Source: an uncultured virus (IMG/VR IMGVR_UViG_3300024353_000008) (taxonomy: Duplodnaviria > Heunggongvirae > Uroviricota > Caudoviricetes). From it: 64,000 nucleotides of DNA. Shown here in pieces: positions 19,256-29,298 of the stretch. Below the pieces are notes generated by a model. That model saw only the letters and a program-made list of their open reading frames with translations. It made no database searches and was not told the DNA's origin. The stretch is taken from the IMG/VR virus record IMGVR_UViG_3300024353_000008. One strand, given 5' to 3'. Position 1 is the stretch's first letter. Every line of letters begins with the position of its first letter. Both the position numbers and the translations under genes were made by a program.

Positions 19256-19473
19256 TGGGCCAGAGAGCATGGATCGAGTTTGACGAACAGTATCCTTGGC
19301 TCTGTTGTACTGCTCGCTGGTCTCATGCTGGAATGGGTCGGTGGTGGAAGAGGCAGTTGAGCAAGTCGAGAAGGCGAAACGCAAAGAGCGAGATTCGGTA
19401 TGAGCTGGGCATTGATTCGAGACTACGAGAACAGATTCGCTACGAGCGCGAGTGTAGCTGGAAATTGTGGTAG
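19255..19473 (+). CDS. small basic hypothetical protein
   Basis: TAATG coupling; WWKRQLSKSRRR. Confidence 0.5.
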   Translation: MGQRAWIEFDEQYPWLCCTARWSHAGMGRWWKRQLSKSRRRNAKSEIRYELGIDSRLREQIRYERECSWKLW

Positions 19474-19479
19474 GTAAAC

Positions 19480-22400
19480 ATGGAAGAAAGAAACATAGGT
19501 AAAAAGTCAGTAGAGGATGCGGCGGAACAATCCATCCAGTCCCGTGCGACGGATAAGGCGGATGTTGGTCTTGGTGGAATCGGGAGTATTGGCGGTGGCA
19601 TGTTCCAATACCTATTCCGGGCTGGTGAGAACATAAGTCCGTGGTGGAGCACGCAGAGAGATATAAACTTGCGTAGGTTCGTCAAGTCCAGTGATCACAT
19701 GAGTGGATCAGAAGCCTTGCTGACTGCAAAGGTTGTTAATATCCCACTGAGAGTAGAGCCACGCGACCTCTCTCTAAAGAGCCACATGAAGCAGGCAGAT
19801 GAGTACAGCCGAAGGCTTTTCGAGGAAAGCGAGTTTGGACAGGGTTGGATTGCAGTAGCAAGCAAGTGGCTCGAGGACTACTGGAATACAGATAATGGTG
19901 GGTTCTTCGAGGTCATAGGAAGAGGTAAGAAAGATGGACCTATTGTAGGGCCAGCACTTGGTCTAGCGTCTCTGGATAGTACGAGAATCATCAGAAAGAA
20001 GAATCAAGAGTTTCCGCTTGCATACATAGATGAGGATGGACATCAGTATAGGTTGCACAAGTCGCGTGTTGCCTATGCCAGTGATCAGCCAAGTCCTATC
20101 TTGGAGATGAGAGGTGTGGGTTTTTGCGCAGTGTCCAGAGCTATAAATGTTGCTCAACACCTCGTGGACATTTCGACATATAACCAGGAAAAGCTAGGTT
20201 CTAGGCAACCGCGTGGCGTGCTATTCACACCAGGTATCCCAACTGACGTAGTACAGGCTACGTTGAACATGGCATCCGAGATGATGGATAATCAGAGCCT
20301 GCGCAGGTTTGCGCGGATACCGATTCTCGGAGGAGATGATACTGCTGCCACGTTCCAGTTGATCGACCTAGTTTCACTACCGGATGGCTTCGATCAAGAG
20401 ACGAGCACGAGGCTTGGAATGTTCGCTATCGCGCTGGCGTTTGGTGTTCCGATTCGGTGGATATGGCCTGCCGCGACGAGTGGTGCGACGAAAGCGGACG
20501 CGATGTACCAGCACATTGCGGGCCTGGGTGGTGGTGTGGGACGAGTGCTCAAGACACTGACCTTGATTCTCGGTGGTGATCCACGGGGAGCAAGGCACAC
20601 GACGGGCAAGTTTCTTCCACCTCACCTGAAACTGGTGTTCGACTTTCAGGATGACGAACAGGACCGGATGAAGGCAGACATTCGCAAGACGAGAATGGAC
20701 GTGATTGCAACATCACTTGAGACTGGCGTGACTACACTGAGAGTTGCACGGGAACAGATGCTGGAAGCGGGTGACATTACAGAAGCGCAGTTTAACCAGA
20801 TGGAGCTGCAAGACGGGCGACTGCCTAGCGGTGAGGACGTGCTGACATTGTTTTATGCCACAGAGAATGAGTTGCTGGACCTTGGCGTTGATGATCCTCT
20901 GGACGTAGAACGGAACGATGGTATGCAGATGATAGACGCTATCGAGGACAGAATGGCGGAAGTGAGAAAGGGAATGCCGTCTGTCAGTTCCACGAAACAA
21001 AAAGAGGCGAGAAAACAAGCACTGGCTGCACTGGGTAAGCTGAGAGAGGCTTACGAGAAAGTGCATAGCGCACAGCAGCAGGCAACGGATGCAGAGACAG
21101 ATGAGCAAGGACAAGGTGAGGACCAGCCTGGTAAAGCAGAGGACGAGGAAGCGCAGCAGAATGTAGAGACACTGCCACCGAAGCAACCACCGGTACAGAA
21201 TGAGGAAATCATAGATGAGGTGAATGAGGAGGCAAGGAAAGATAGTCGTCTATTGGCTGACTTGTACTCTGGCATCAAAGAAGTGGTGCGGGATGTGATT
21301 AGGACGAGGAGGAAGGGTGGAGCGGGAAGTGGTTGGCATGGTCCACCAAGAGGGACACATGGAGAGGGCAGCGAAGAAGAAAAACTATCTCTTGATGTAG
21401 TTCTTGACAACCTTACATCAGCAGGCTATGATGTTCGTGATCGACCATGGGGCCAGTGGGTTAGCCCAAATGGGAAAGGTATTAGTCCAACTAACAAACG
21501 CGGAATCGTGAATCATTGGGAACTGGCGATAGATGGTGGGTGGCTACCTGAGAGCGAGATTGATAGTCCTACATATTCTACTATGAGCATGGTAAATGGT
21601 CTCATAAAGAAAGGCTGGTTGCGTTCTGTTGAAGGTGGATTTGCCAGTTGGGACTTGCCACGTTTGCACCAAGAAGTAATCATAGACTATGCTACTCGGA
21701 GACCTAAGAACGATACTATTTACCTAGATGTAGCTAAGACTGGTAGGACATATCGGTTTTCACCTCAAGACCTGATTGACAGTAACTTTGATTTGCAGAG
21801 AACCTTAAGAACTGCTGAGAGTACACAATACAGTCCATCAGAACCGTTGGACCTAGACGCACTCACTAATTACAAATCGAGCAAGAACTTTTCTTGGAGA
21901 GAAGAAGAAAGAGAGAATTTGCTGGAATCAATCTTGCAAGGAGTATGGCAAGATAATACCAAAGCTTGGTCATCTCTATCCTCTGTTCCGAAACACCTCC
22001 GTTCTATGAACGATGCAACTCTCTCTCTCGCTCAAGTTAACCATCTCGCTCGAATGGCTGATGCTATCGAGGGCAGTGGACAAGACACTAGCATTGCCTG
22101 GGCGACTGCGAGAAGTCAGTTCAAGAAGCTGTACAGGAAAGAGGGTGATAAGTGGGTAAAGAAAGAGGAGAAGGAGAAGGAGAAGGGTGGACCAGGCTCC
22201 GGTCACCACGGCCATTCAGGAATACCTGGCAAGAGAGGAGGGAGTGCTCCGGGAGGTGGTGTCGCAAGTGGAAATGTTACATACTATCATGTCACAGGTC
22301 CAGAATATCGAGAAGGTGATCCTTTGCTTTCACGTGGCAGGCAGCGAGATGTAGGAATCGAAACTCCATGGAAATGGGGAGAGGCAGAAGAAGGATTCGA

Positions 22401-23928
22401 CGAAGACGCCGTAGCGGTTTTCGATAGTTTGTCTGATGCCCGTAGGTTCAAACTTGATTTTCTGCCCAAGGGTAGAATTCTCAAGATTGTAGTAGATCAA
22501 GAGGATATTGATAATCCTATAAGTTGGCAGACCAGAAGAGGCATAGTTAGCCCGCAGGCCATTACACTTGAGGAAGGGTTTACAGCTTTTACAGAAGGAA
22601 TACCTGCTGAGTGGATACAGGAGGAAGTTAAACAGATAAGTAGCGTGCAGACGTATGTGGAGGGAGAGAAAGGCGGTCCCGGTAGCGGACATCATGGTCA
22701 TGCTGGTGTGCCTGGCAAGAGAGGAGGGAGCAGTCCTGGCGGCGGCTCTATGATTCCTGATTCTATTTCTGTTTCACAGGTAAGGGAAAAACTAGGTAAC
22801 CCTTCGTCTGGAATGACTAGGCTTTATCATGCTACAGGTGGGACACCTTCTGTATCGTTTGAAGGTCCAGAGATTAGTATTGGGCATGTTGCAGGTGACG
22901 AGGAAGATAGGTTTCAGGAATACGTATCTGAGAGAGAAGGAGAAGGATTCGATACTACAGCGGGATGGGCAACCGATGATGAGCTTCTATGGCGCTACGG
23001 TCATTGGGGAACTGTGATAGATGTTCCTGCCAGTACTCAGTTTGGTGGAATTGATGCAGGAGAGATTGTATATGATGTTGGACATGAGGATATAGAATAT
23101 CCTGGAGCCGTTCTTAACTTGACTGCTGCACACAATCGCGGTATCTCTGATGACCAGATAGCTGCTGAGATTGAGGTTGCGAGACAGAACTATGGACAAG
23201 TTTTCGTAATAGAGTCTGAAGATGCAGCTACAGAGATGAAAAGTCTTAGGAGCTACTTATCTACCAAATCCTGGTCCTCCCGTCTCCTCTTCTCTCTCAA
23301 ATCCCTCTCCACTGCTATCAAACAAACTGCTGGTGCGATAAAGTACAAGCGGGAACTATGGTGGTCTGCACAAAACCTGTGGAACGGTAACATCTCTCGT
23401 TCTGACTTTCTGGACATAATGGGACAGGACATCCCTATTGCATTCGAGTTTGCTTGGTTAGAGGCTGTGAGAGACGAAGGAATCACCAGTGTCGATGATT
23501 TAGAAGAGGAAGAGCGAGCAGAGTTACAGAGACGCATTGCACTGGAACTGACATTCGTGGGAGGATTTGCAGATTACATCATTGCTCACTCCAAGGCTGA
23601 GGGATTCTTGCTGAGAAGCCTGGAACCGAGAATCAGCATGTGGGCAGCACGGTACATGGACATTCACGACCAGGCGAGAGTGGCAGCAGGTGGTGTCAAG
23701 AAATACAAGTTCGTCTACGATCCACTGAAGGAGAACTGCTGGTCGTGTGCCAGACTGAACGGACAGATACGTCGAATGAGTGCATGGAAAAAGTTCGATT
23801 GTAGGCCCAAACACTCGGACCTAGAATGTATGCGTAGTGCGAACGGTCCTACAGTTTGCGGGTGTGAGTTCGAGGAGACAGACGAGCCTGCAAGCAGAGG
23901 ACCGTTGCCAAAGTGGAGATCGGTGTAG
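19480..23928 (+). CDS. portal protein fused to cargo domains and a C-terminal MuF/gp7-like head morphogenesis domain
   Basis: portal-like N-terminal ~500 aa (DNGGFFEVIG, IALAFGVP, TLRVARE); 3 KGG(P/A)GSG linkers; C-terminal CWSC..LNG...C...CGC MuF pattern. Confidence 0.8.
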   Translation: MEERNIGKKSVEDAAEQSIQSRATDKADVGLGGIGSIGGGMFQYLFRAGENISPWWSTQRDINLRRFVKSSDHMSGSEALLTAKVVNIPLRVEPRDLSLKSHMKQADEYSRRLFEESEFGQGWIAVASKWLEDYWNTDNGGFFEVIGRGKKDGPIVGPALGLASLDSTRIIRKKNQEFPLAYIDEDGHQYRLHKSRVAYASDQPSPILEMRGVGFCAVSRAINVAQHLVDISTYNQEKLGSRQPRGVLFTPGIPTDVVQATLNMASEMMDNQSLRRFARIPILGGDDTAATFQLIDLVSLPDGFDQETSTRLGMFAIALAFGVPIRWIWPAATSGATKADAMYQHIAGLGGGVGRVLKTLTLILGGDPRGARHTTGKFLPPHLKLVFDFQDDEQDRMKADIRKTRMDVIATSLETGVTTLRVAREQMLEAGDITEAQFNQMELQDGRLPSGEDVLTLFYATENELLDLGVDDPLDVERNDGMQMIDAIEDRMAEVRKGMPSVSSTKQKEARKQALAALGKLREAYEKVHSAQQQATDAETDEQGQGEDQPGKAEDEEAQQNVETLPPKQPPVQNEEIIDEVNEEARKDSRLLADLYSGIKEVVRDVIRTRRKGGAGSGWHGPPRGTHGEGSEEEKLSLDVVLDNLTSAGYDVRDRPWGQWVSPNGKGISPTNKRGIVNHWELAIDGGWLPESEIDSPTYSTMSMVNGLIKKGWLRSVEGGFASWDLPRLHQEVIIDYATRRPKNDTIYLDVAKTGRTYRFSPQDLIDSNFDLQRTLRTAESTQYSPSEPLDLDALTNYKSSKNFSWREEERENLLESILQGVWQDNTKAWSSLSSVPKHLRSMNDATLSLAQVNHLARMADAIEGSGQDTSIAWATARSQFKKLYRKEGDKWVKKEEKEKEKGGPGSGHHGHSGIPGKRGGSAPGGGVASGNVTYYHVTGPEYREGDPLLSRGRQRDVGIETPWKWGEAEEGFDEDAVAVFDSLSDARRFKLDFLPKGRILKIVVDQEDIDNPISWQTRRGIVSPQAITLEEGFTAFTEGIPAEWIQEEVKQISSVQTYVEGEKGGPGSGHHGHAGVPGKRGGSSPGGGSMIPDSISVSQVREKLGNPSSGMTRLYHATGGTPSVSFEGPEISIGHVAGDEEDRFQEYVSEREGEGFDTTAGWATDDELLWRYGHWGTVIDVPASTQFGGIDAGEIVYDVGHEDIEYPGAVLNLTAAHNRGISDDQIAAEIEVARQNYGQVFVIESEDAATEMKSLRSYLSTKSWSSRLLFSLKSLSTAIKQTAGAIKYKRELWWSAQNLWNGNISRSDFLDIMGQDIPIAFEFAWLEAVRDEGITSVDDLEEEERAELQRRIALELTFVGGFADYIIAHSKAEGFLLRSLEPRISMWAARYMDIHDQARVAAGGVKKYKFVYDPLKENCWSCARLNGQIRRMSAWKKFDCRPKHSDLECMRSANGPTVCGCEFEETDEPASRGPLPKWRSV

Positions 23929-23958
23929 TAACTATCATATTCTAAAGGAGTAAGTGAG

Positions 23959-24243
23959 ATGACAGACAAGATGGAAACGAACAATGGTTTGGATCAACTG
24001 TATGCCGAGATGATGGGAGTGTGCCATAGCGATGGATACCATAGTCAAATGCACTGCGTGATCAGAATTGACGATGACGAGAGCAAGCAACACAAAGCTC
24101 TGATTTTCAAGTCGGATGATGTTCTGAATTCACAGATCATGCAGTCGTTTGACGACGAGGGAGATGTTGGTCCTTTGATGCTCGTCGTGCTAATGGAAGG
24201 TGACATGGAGGAGTTTGTAGAAGAGTATTGTGATGAAGAATAA
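23959..24243 (+). CDS. acidic hypothetical protein
   Basis: AAGGAG RBS. Confidence 0.55.
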   Translation: MTDKMETNNGLDQLYAEMMGVCHSDGYHSQMHCVIRIDDDESKQHKALIFKSDDVLNSQIMQSFDDEGDVGPLMLVVLMEGDMEEFVEEYCDEE

Positions 24244-24505
24244 GCTGGTGCACTCAATGAAGCAAAGGTGTCTTAGGAGAATCAAGAGAGTCAGTATAAG
24301 ATATGCTATCGAGCATTTCCTTTTCTGTGCTCCCATCATCGGTCGTGTAACTTGGTGGGTGTGGAAACTGAGGACGAGAATTCAGTTTACACTGACGGGA
24401 AAATGTGGTAACATGTGTAAGACTGTAGAGCCTTACGGATTCGTTCCAGAAGCAGCTTGCCCGATACACGATTGATAGGTACTCTTCAGACAGGAGAAAA
24501 AGCAA

Positions 24506-25132
24506 ATGAGTACAAACGGTCATTGGACGAACACTAACAACTCGCTATACCGTATATTCGCAGACAGAACAGAGGAACGCTGTACCTACGCCGGTATCTC
24601 TCACTTGACTTCTAGCAATGGTGGCGATACGACTATCCCTTGTGCCTACTGTGAACAGACTATTCCTGGAACCGCTGCTAATTGTCCTGGATGTGGAGGG
24701 CCACGTCTTGCACTGGTAACCAAGTGCACTGTTCAGATAGAAGCAATGCTACCGAGTGGTGGTAGGCTGATGGACTTGGACGCACAGTCAGTTCTTGAGA
24801 TCAGACGAGAGAACTGGGTGCTTCATGATGTAGGAAGTCCATATTTTCGTGATGGGGGACTTTCTGTTAGGATGGTGGCAACTAGGTATCAATCTTGGTA
24901 TCCACAGAAACCTGTGTTGCCTTACTCGTCAGAGAAATGGGATGACAAAGAAGTTAAAAGAGATGACAAGTCAGGAGACAAAGAGCAGACTATCATGCGC
25001 CTCAGTGAATTCAACATGAGCACGATGTTCATAGATTCACCAGTCCCACTAGATAGCAGGAGTACAAGTGCTCTAGTGCTGACAATGATGCTAGAGTGCA
25101 AGACAGAGTTCTTCTTTGGTGAAAAGAGATAG
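24506..25132 (+). CDS. hypothetical protein with Zn-ribbon
   Basis: CAYC...CPGCG. Confidence 0.6.
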   Translation: MSTNGHWTNTNNSLYRIFADRTEERCTYAGISHLTSSNGGDTTIPCAYCEQTIPGTAANCPGCGGPRLALVTKCTVQIEAMLPSGGRLMDLDAQSVLEIRRENWVLHDVGSPYFRDGGLSVRMVATRYQSWYPQKPVLPYSSEKWDDKEVKRDDKSGDKEQTIMRLSEFNMSTMFIDSPVPLDSRSTSALVLTMMLECKTEFFFGEKR

Positions 25133-25144
25133 TGGAAGATTATT

Positions 25145-25726
25145 ATGCCTAGCATCAAGGTCACAGGCTACGTCCCGAAGCAACTGTTCAAGATAGACGA
25201 AATCCGCCTAGAACTGCTGAACGCTCTACGTGCAGAAGGCAGACAGATCAAGCGGGATTTCCAAAAGAGCACCAGAACTTGGAAGAATAAACCAAAGTTC
25301 GAGATGAAGGTTTCTCTACGTCGGGCTGTTGGTGAAGGATCAGTTACGGTGTGGACAGACAACGAGATATATGGTTACGTCAACCACGGAACGGGTATTT
25401 GGAGTGGGAGAGGTAAGTACCCAATCCGTCCCAAGGTGCGCCGTCGAGGACCGCGTGGTCGTTTCCGTCGTGGTGCTGGTTCACTGGCCTTTCCGTCAAA
25501 GTTCGGTCCAAAGACGAGACCAGGCCATATCAACGCAGGGTCAGGCAGCAGTGGTGGTCCGATGGTACTTACTAAACTAGTCATGCATCCCGGAATCAGA
25601 CCACGCAAGTTCGACCAAGCTATAGCCAACAGGATCAACAAGACGGGAAGATTCCAGAGAAGGATCGACAGGGCAATAGTCAGAGGGCTGGTAAAGTCGG
25701 ATACAGGATCGAAGGTGATAGGATAG
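25145..25726 (+). CDS. HK97 gp10-like neck/tail-completion protein
   Basis: YGYVNHGT..YPIRPK...LAF...VMHPGIRPRKF, basic protein. Confidence 0.7.
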   Translation: MPSIKVTGYVPKQLFKIDEIRLELLNALRAEGRQIKRDFQKSTRTWKNKPKFEMKVSLRRAVGEGSVTVWTDNEIYGYVNHGTGIWSGRGKYPIRPKVRRRGPRGRFRRGAGSLAFPSKFGPKTRPGHINAGSGSSGGPMVLTKLVMHPGIRPRKFDQAIANRINKTGRFQRRIDRAIVRGLVKSDTGSKVIG

Positions 25727-25734
25727 GAGGATCA

Positions 25735-26094
25735 ATGACACTGCGCACACCATTCTCAATCGCACAGCCAATCGACCAGGTTCTACAAGTGATGAAGCGC
25801 ACGAACCGTAAGCGAATCGGTCTCAGGATAGAGGCTAAGGAAGGCACATTTACCATCGACGCACGACGCAAGAAGGAGAAGCAGATTCAGGCAGAACTGA
25901 AGGGACTTCCCATCGACTTGAAGCAGCGTCTCACTGTCTGGTACTATCTGCCTGACTGCACGTTAAAGTTTACTAGGTATCGTGGGCTCGATGCTAAGAA
26001 CGGTGCTTCGTGCTATCGCATCGTGTCGATTGAGGAACCTTTGACGGCAGAGGAGATATACGGGCAACCACTTGTAGAGTTGCCGGTGAGTTAA
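25735..26094 (+). CDS. hypothetical protein
   Basis: GGAGG RBS. Confidence 0.6.
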   Translation: MTLRTPFSIAQPIDQVLQVMKRTNRKRIGLRIEAKEGTFTIDARRKKEKQIQAELKGLPIDLKQRLTVWYYLPDCTLKFTRYRGLDAKNGASCYRIVSIEEPLTAEEIYGQPLVELPVS

Positions 26095-26112
26095 ATAGGC
26101 GATAGATGCACA

Positions 26113-26148
26113 GAAAGAGCACCCGACTTTCACGCCGGGTGCTCTTTC
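26113..26148. terminator. bidirectional intrinsic terminator between convergent genes
   Basis: gaaagagcacccg/cgggtgctctttc 13-bp stem. Confidence 0.75.
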
Positions 26149-26167
26149 GTTACAGAGTTTTGACCGA

Positions 26168-26533
26168 CTACAGTCCCTCGATCAGCGCCTCCAATTCTTC
26201 CACCGACTTTCCGGCCAGTGCCTCATCCTGCTTGCCTGCAATGATTCCTAGAATCTTCTGCTTGCGCATTGCACGCTCTGCTTCTGACTTGCGTGCCTCA
26301 GCCTCAGCCTGCCTCGTCTCGAAAATGTCCTGGACGATAGCCAGCTTGATGGACAGTTCCTCGCCTTCGAGGGTGGGCTTCTCCAACAAGCTTTCCTGTC
26401 CCTCGCGCCCCCGAGACTTGAGAGCCATGTAGACCCCATTCAGTTCCGTGGTACCGAGATCAAACAAGTCTTCCGTGGTGCACGCCCCGTGGTACGGGTA
26501 GCGCAGTCCCAACGCCAATGCCTGCTTGTACAT
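26168..26533 (-). CDS. conserved phage coiled-coil protein (partner of 26543-28582)
   Basis: LRYPY.G..TTEDLFDL...KLAIV.DIF...KQKIL.IIA.KQDEAL. Confidence 0.75.
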   Translation of the reverse strand: MYKQALALGLRYPYHGACTTEDLFDLGTTELNGVYMALKSRGREGQESLLEKPTLEGEELSIKLAIVQDIFETRQAEAEARKSEAERAMRKQKILGIIAGKQDEALAGKSVEELEALIEGL

Positions 26534-26542
26534 TTCATCCTC

Positions 26543-28582
26543 CTAGAATATGATCTTGACGACCCGCTGGCCGTCCACTCGTGCCAGTACACTGTTTCTC
26601 TTTGTCGAGCTAAACCCTATGCCCGACAGTTGCTTCTCTGCATGTTCAACGCACATCTTGCTACCCAGTGCAGCAAAGACGCGCTTGTGTTCCATAAATG
26701 CCTCCTGTAGAAACTCATTGTAAAACCCGTTTGGGCTATCGTCATTCACACAGCCAGCGAGAAAGAACATATAGTGCCTGTTCCCGATTCCAGACTGGTC
26801 GTCCCAGTAGTTCGGAGAGTAGGTGACAGTAGAAACTGGTTGCCACTGATTCGTCGTCATGCCCCAGGCTTCCTTTGCGCTGGTTGTCGTCGCTAGTGAT
26901 TCTACAAACTTAATGCCGTCACGTCGTGAGAACTGCACCTTGGCAACTGTGACATTCTCGTTCTGACTTAGTTCATTGGGATAGTCATACTCATAGATTT
27001 GCCCACCGTATTCGATCTCAGCACGGAATCCTGTCCTGCCGCCATTATGAGAGTAGTTGTGGACAAAGAAGTGATATACACCTTCTCTCATCTTGTCCAA
27101 GCGTGCCCAGGTAATGTTCTCGACAGCGACCTTGCGTCCAGGGTTAATAATGTCAACGTCCAGCATACCAGTAGAAGCATGCATGTGTCCCTTATTGCTA
27201 AAGTAGATGTGACTGCCTCCTGCTGGCTCAATGCAATGGGCGTCAAAGTCGTTTGGGTTATCAAGTTCCTCGTTCCACTGAATGGAGAACCGCAGGACAC
27301 CTTCGACGTCTCCACCGAGTGCTTTGACGCGGGCCTTCATCGAGTCCGCCACGTTTCCAGCATAGGCCCAGGAAAACCCATTGTCCCACTTGAACAGGCT
27401 TGGTGCATCGCTGTTCTGTGGAGCAATGAGAGAGACGAGGTTTCCCTGGTGGCGATTCTCCAACAACACCTCGACGCTGGCTGCACTTGGTAGCATCTCA
27501 CTGATGAATGTCTCAATCGCCACACCCTGTGCATGCTCAAATCGGCGTGGGTCTAACGTTGCTTCCCGTGCCAGTTCCTCGAAAATACCCAGTCCATCCA
27601 TTTCTTTCTCGGCGTCCTTGTTGGCCCAGATGACATTAGTAATGTTGATGTCATCCAGTCGGGCAAATCTACGCCCCAGAGAATCGGTCAGTCCAAGACG
27701 TTCGACAGTTGCCTGAGCATCCTTGACCATCTTGGCAGTAAAGATAGCCTTGGGTCTCTTGTAGTTGGTAGGTGCAACGATGTGCTCATAGCGACCGACC
27801 GCTTCCAGGATGTCAACGTTGGCAGTAATGTCCTGCAAGAGAACGCCGATGGAGTGATTCCTGATGCGAGATATTGCACCGCTAATCAAAGTGGATTGTT
27901 TCCAGCAGTAGTTGTTGCGCAACCCGTCAGACAGTTGCTGATACTCATACTGCAATCCTCGAAACATCGTGAGTGCACCCTGCCACTCCTCGCCACGATA
28001 AAGGCTCTTTTCAGCAATCAAGTCCAGGATGGTCCCAGTCGCATCCACAGAGATTTCTTCCAACGACCGCTGGAATACTTCCTTGCTTGTCCTGGCTTCT
28101 CCCATCAAGTCAGGAATGGTCTTGTGAGAGTCTGTCACAAAGTGAGTTGGCAGGTCAACCCGAAAGTGCTGCCAGGTATGAACTGAACCGTCGTCAAGCA
28201 TCTCGTGGTTCTCGTCAGTGCCAAACGCACTGTCCTTGGTGACGAACAGGTCGCAGACGGGCTTGTTGCTAATATGCTCTGCCAGAGCATCAACAACGGG
28301 TTGATACGTGTCACTTCCGGCATCAAAGTCCCAGATGGTCACGACCTCATTGTCGTCGTCAATCATTACAACATTACCAAGCCGCTTGATGAAGTGACGA
28401 CAACAAGAGCAATCATGAGCGCGACGTTCTCGGTAGACCTCGTTTGTCCCAGGCGGGAAGCTGTTGAGATACAATTCCCACAATTCGTCCCTGTCCACGT
28501 CTACGACGAACAGATGGTTTTGTCCGTCGAGCATCGTAGCGATGTGTTCTTGATGCCTTTGCTTGAACTGCTTGAAGTTCAT
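26543..28582 (-). CDS. conserved 679-aa phage protein with YfaP/DUF2135-like domain
   Basis: HDCSCCRHF; LRFSIQWN..DFDAHC.EP...LDVDI...VENITW; SPNYW...GNRHY. Confidence 0.75.
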   Translation of the reverse strand: MNFKQFKQRHQEHIATMLDGQNHLFVVDVDRDELWELYLNSFPPGTNEVYRERRAHDCSCCRHFIKRLGNVVMIDDDNEVVTIWDFDAGSDTYQPVVDALAEHISNKPVCDLFVTKDSAFGTDENHEMLDDGSVHTWQHFRVDLPTHFVTDSHKTIPDLMGEARTSKEVFQRSLEEISVDATGTILDLIAEKSLYRGEEWQGALTMFRGLQYEYQQLSDGLRNNYCWKQSTLISGAISRIRNHSIGVLLQDITANVDILEAVGRYEHIVAPTNYKRPKAIFTAKMVKDAQATVERLGLTDSLGRRFARLDDINITNVIWANKDAEKEMDGLGIFEELAREATLDPRRFEHAQGVAIETFISEMLPSAASVEVLLENRHQGNLVSLIAPQNSDAPSLFKWDNGFSWAYAGNVADSMKARVKALGGDVEGVLRFSIQWNEELDNPNDFDAHCIEPAGGSHIYFSNKGHMHASTGMLDVDIINPGRKVAVENITWARLDKMREGVYHFFVHNYSHNGGRTGFRAEIEYGGQIYEYDYPNELSQNENVTVAKVQFSRRDGIKFVESLATTTSAKEAWGMTTNQWQPVSTVTYSPNYWDDQSGIGNRHYMFFLAGCVNDDSPNGFYNEFLQEAFMEHKRVFAALGSKMCVEHAEKQLSGIGFSSTKRNSVLARVDGQRVVKIIF

Positions 28583-28613
28583 TGTGCCTCCTGGCTATCT
28601 TTGCCTGCACTGG

Positions 28614-28642
28614 ATTATACCATGTGTTTTATGGTCTGTCAA
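28614..28642 (-). promoter_or_regulatory. consensus sigma70 promoter TTGACA-17-TATAAT
   Basis: reverse strand ttgaca gaccataaaacacatgg tataat. Confidence 0.85.
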
Positions 28643-28893
28643 TACCAGTCACATGATTAGTAGTTCGTTGGTTGAACCAGGCTGAAAACCTTGGTTTCCA
28701 TGCTTGGAGTTGGCAATTCAGATATTGTCCATTATAGATTGCAAACATTGCAGGATTGTTTCTTCGCCAGCATCCTCCAATATACAGGTGACCAACTTTT
28801 ATCTTGACACTCCTTGGGCCACTCTACTTGCTCACCAAAAACCACTTTGTCGCTTTTTGTGTCTTCTTCACACGTCTCCTTTACATAAGCTAT

Positions 28894-29205
28894 CTAGTCG
28901 GAAGGTAATAGTTTCTGTTTCAACAATCGTCTGGCAACCTGCATACCCTCGCGGAAGCCAATCTCCAGGCACTCACCTTCCAAGGCAAGGTATACAGTAC
29001 TGATACCATCGTTAATGGCCTGCTTATAGACTGCTTCGGCAAGCCTAATTTTGTCCTCGGCATGTTGAACAGCATCAGTGACGTTGCTTGGCCATTCGCC
29101 GGGAGGAAGGCCCGCATCCTCCATGTCGATGGCACGCTTGGCTTCCTTCAGTCCACAATTGTGCTCGGCTCGGTAATCCTGTATCCTCTTGATCTTACTA
29201 TCCAT
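28894..29205 (-). CDS. hypothetical protein with bL12-CTD/UBA-like N-terminal motif
   Basis: KIKRIQDYRAEHNCGLKEAKRAID; GGAGG RBS. Confidence 0.55.
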   Translation of the reverse strand: MDSKIKRIQDYRAEHNCGLKEAKRAIDMEDAGLPPGEWPSNVTDAVQHAEDKIRLAEAVYKQAINDGISTVYLALEGECLEIGFREGMQVARRLLKQKLLPSD

Positions 29206-29298
29206 ATTGAACCTCCCGTTGACCTTCGGCGTGATTTCTCATCTCCAGCGCATGACCCGGCGCGGGGCTATGGCGCCGCGACTAATGCGGCGGCTCAC

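Noticed and set aside
29225..29298. Pistol/hatchet/HDV ribozyme in the last spacer of the GC-rich cassette
   Set aside because: Hairpins are present but the conserved core nucleotides could not be matched.
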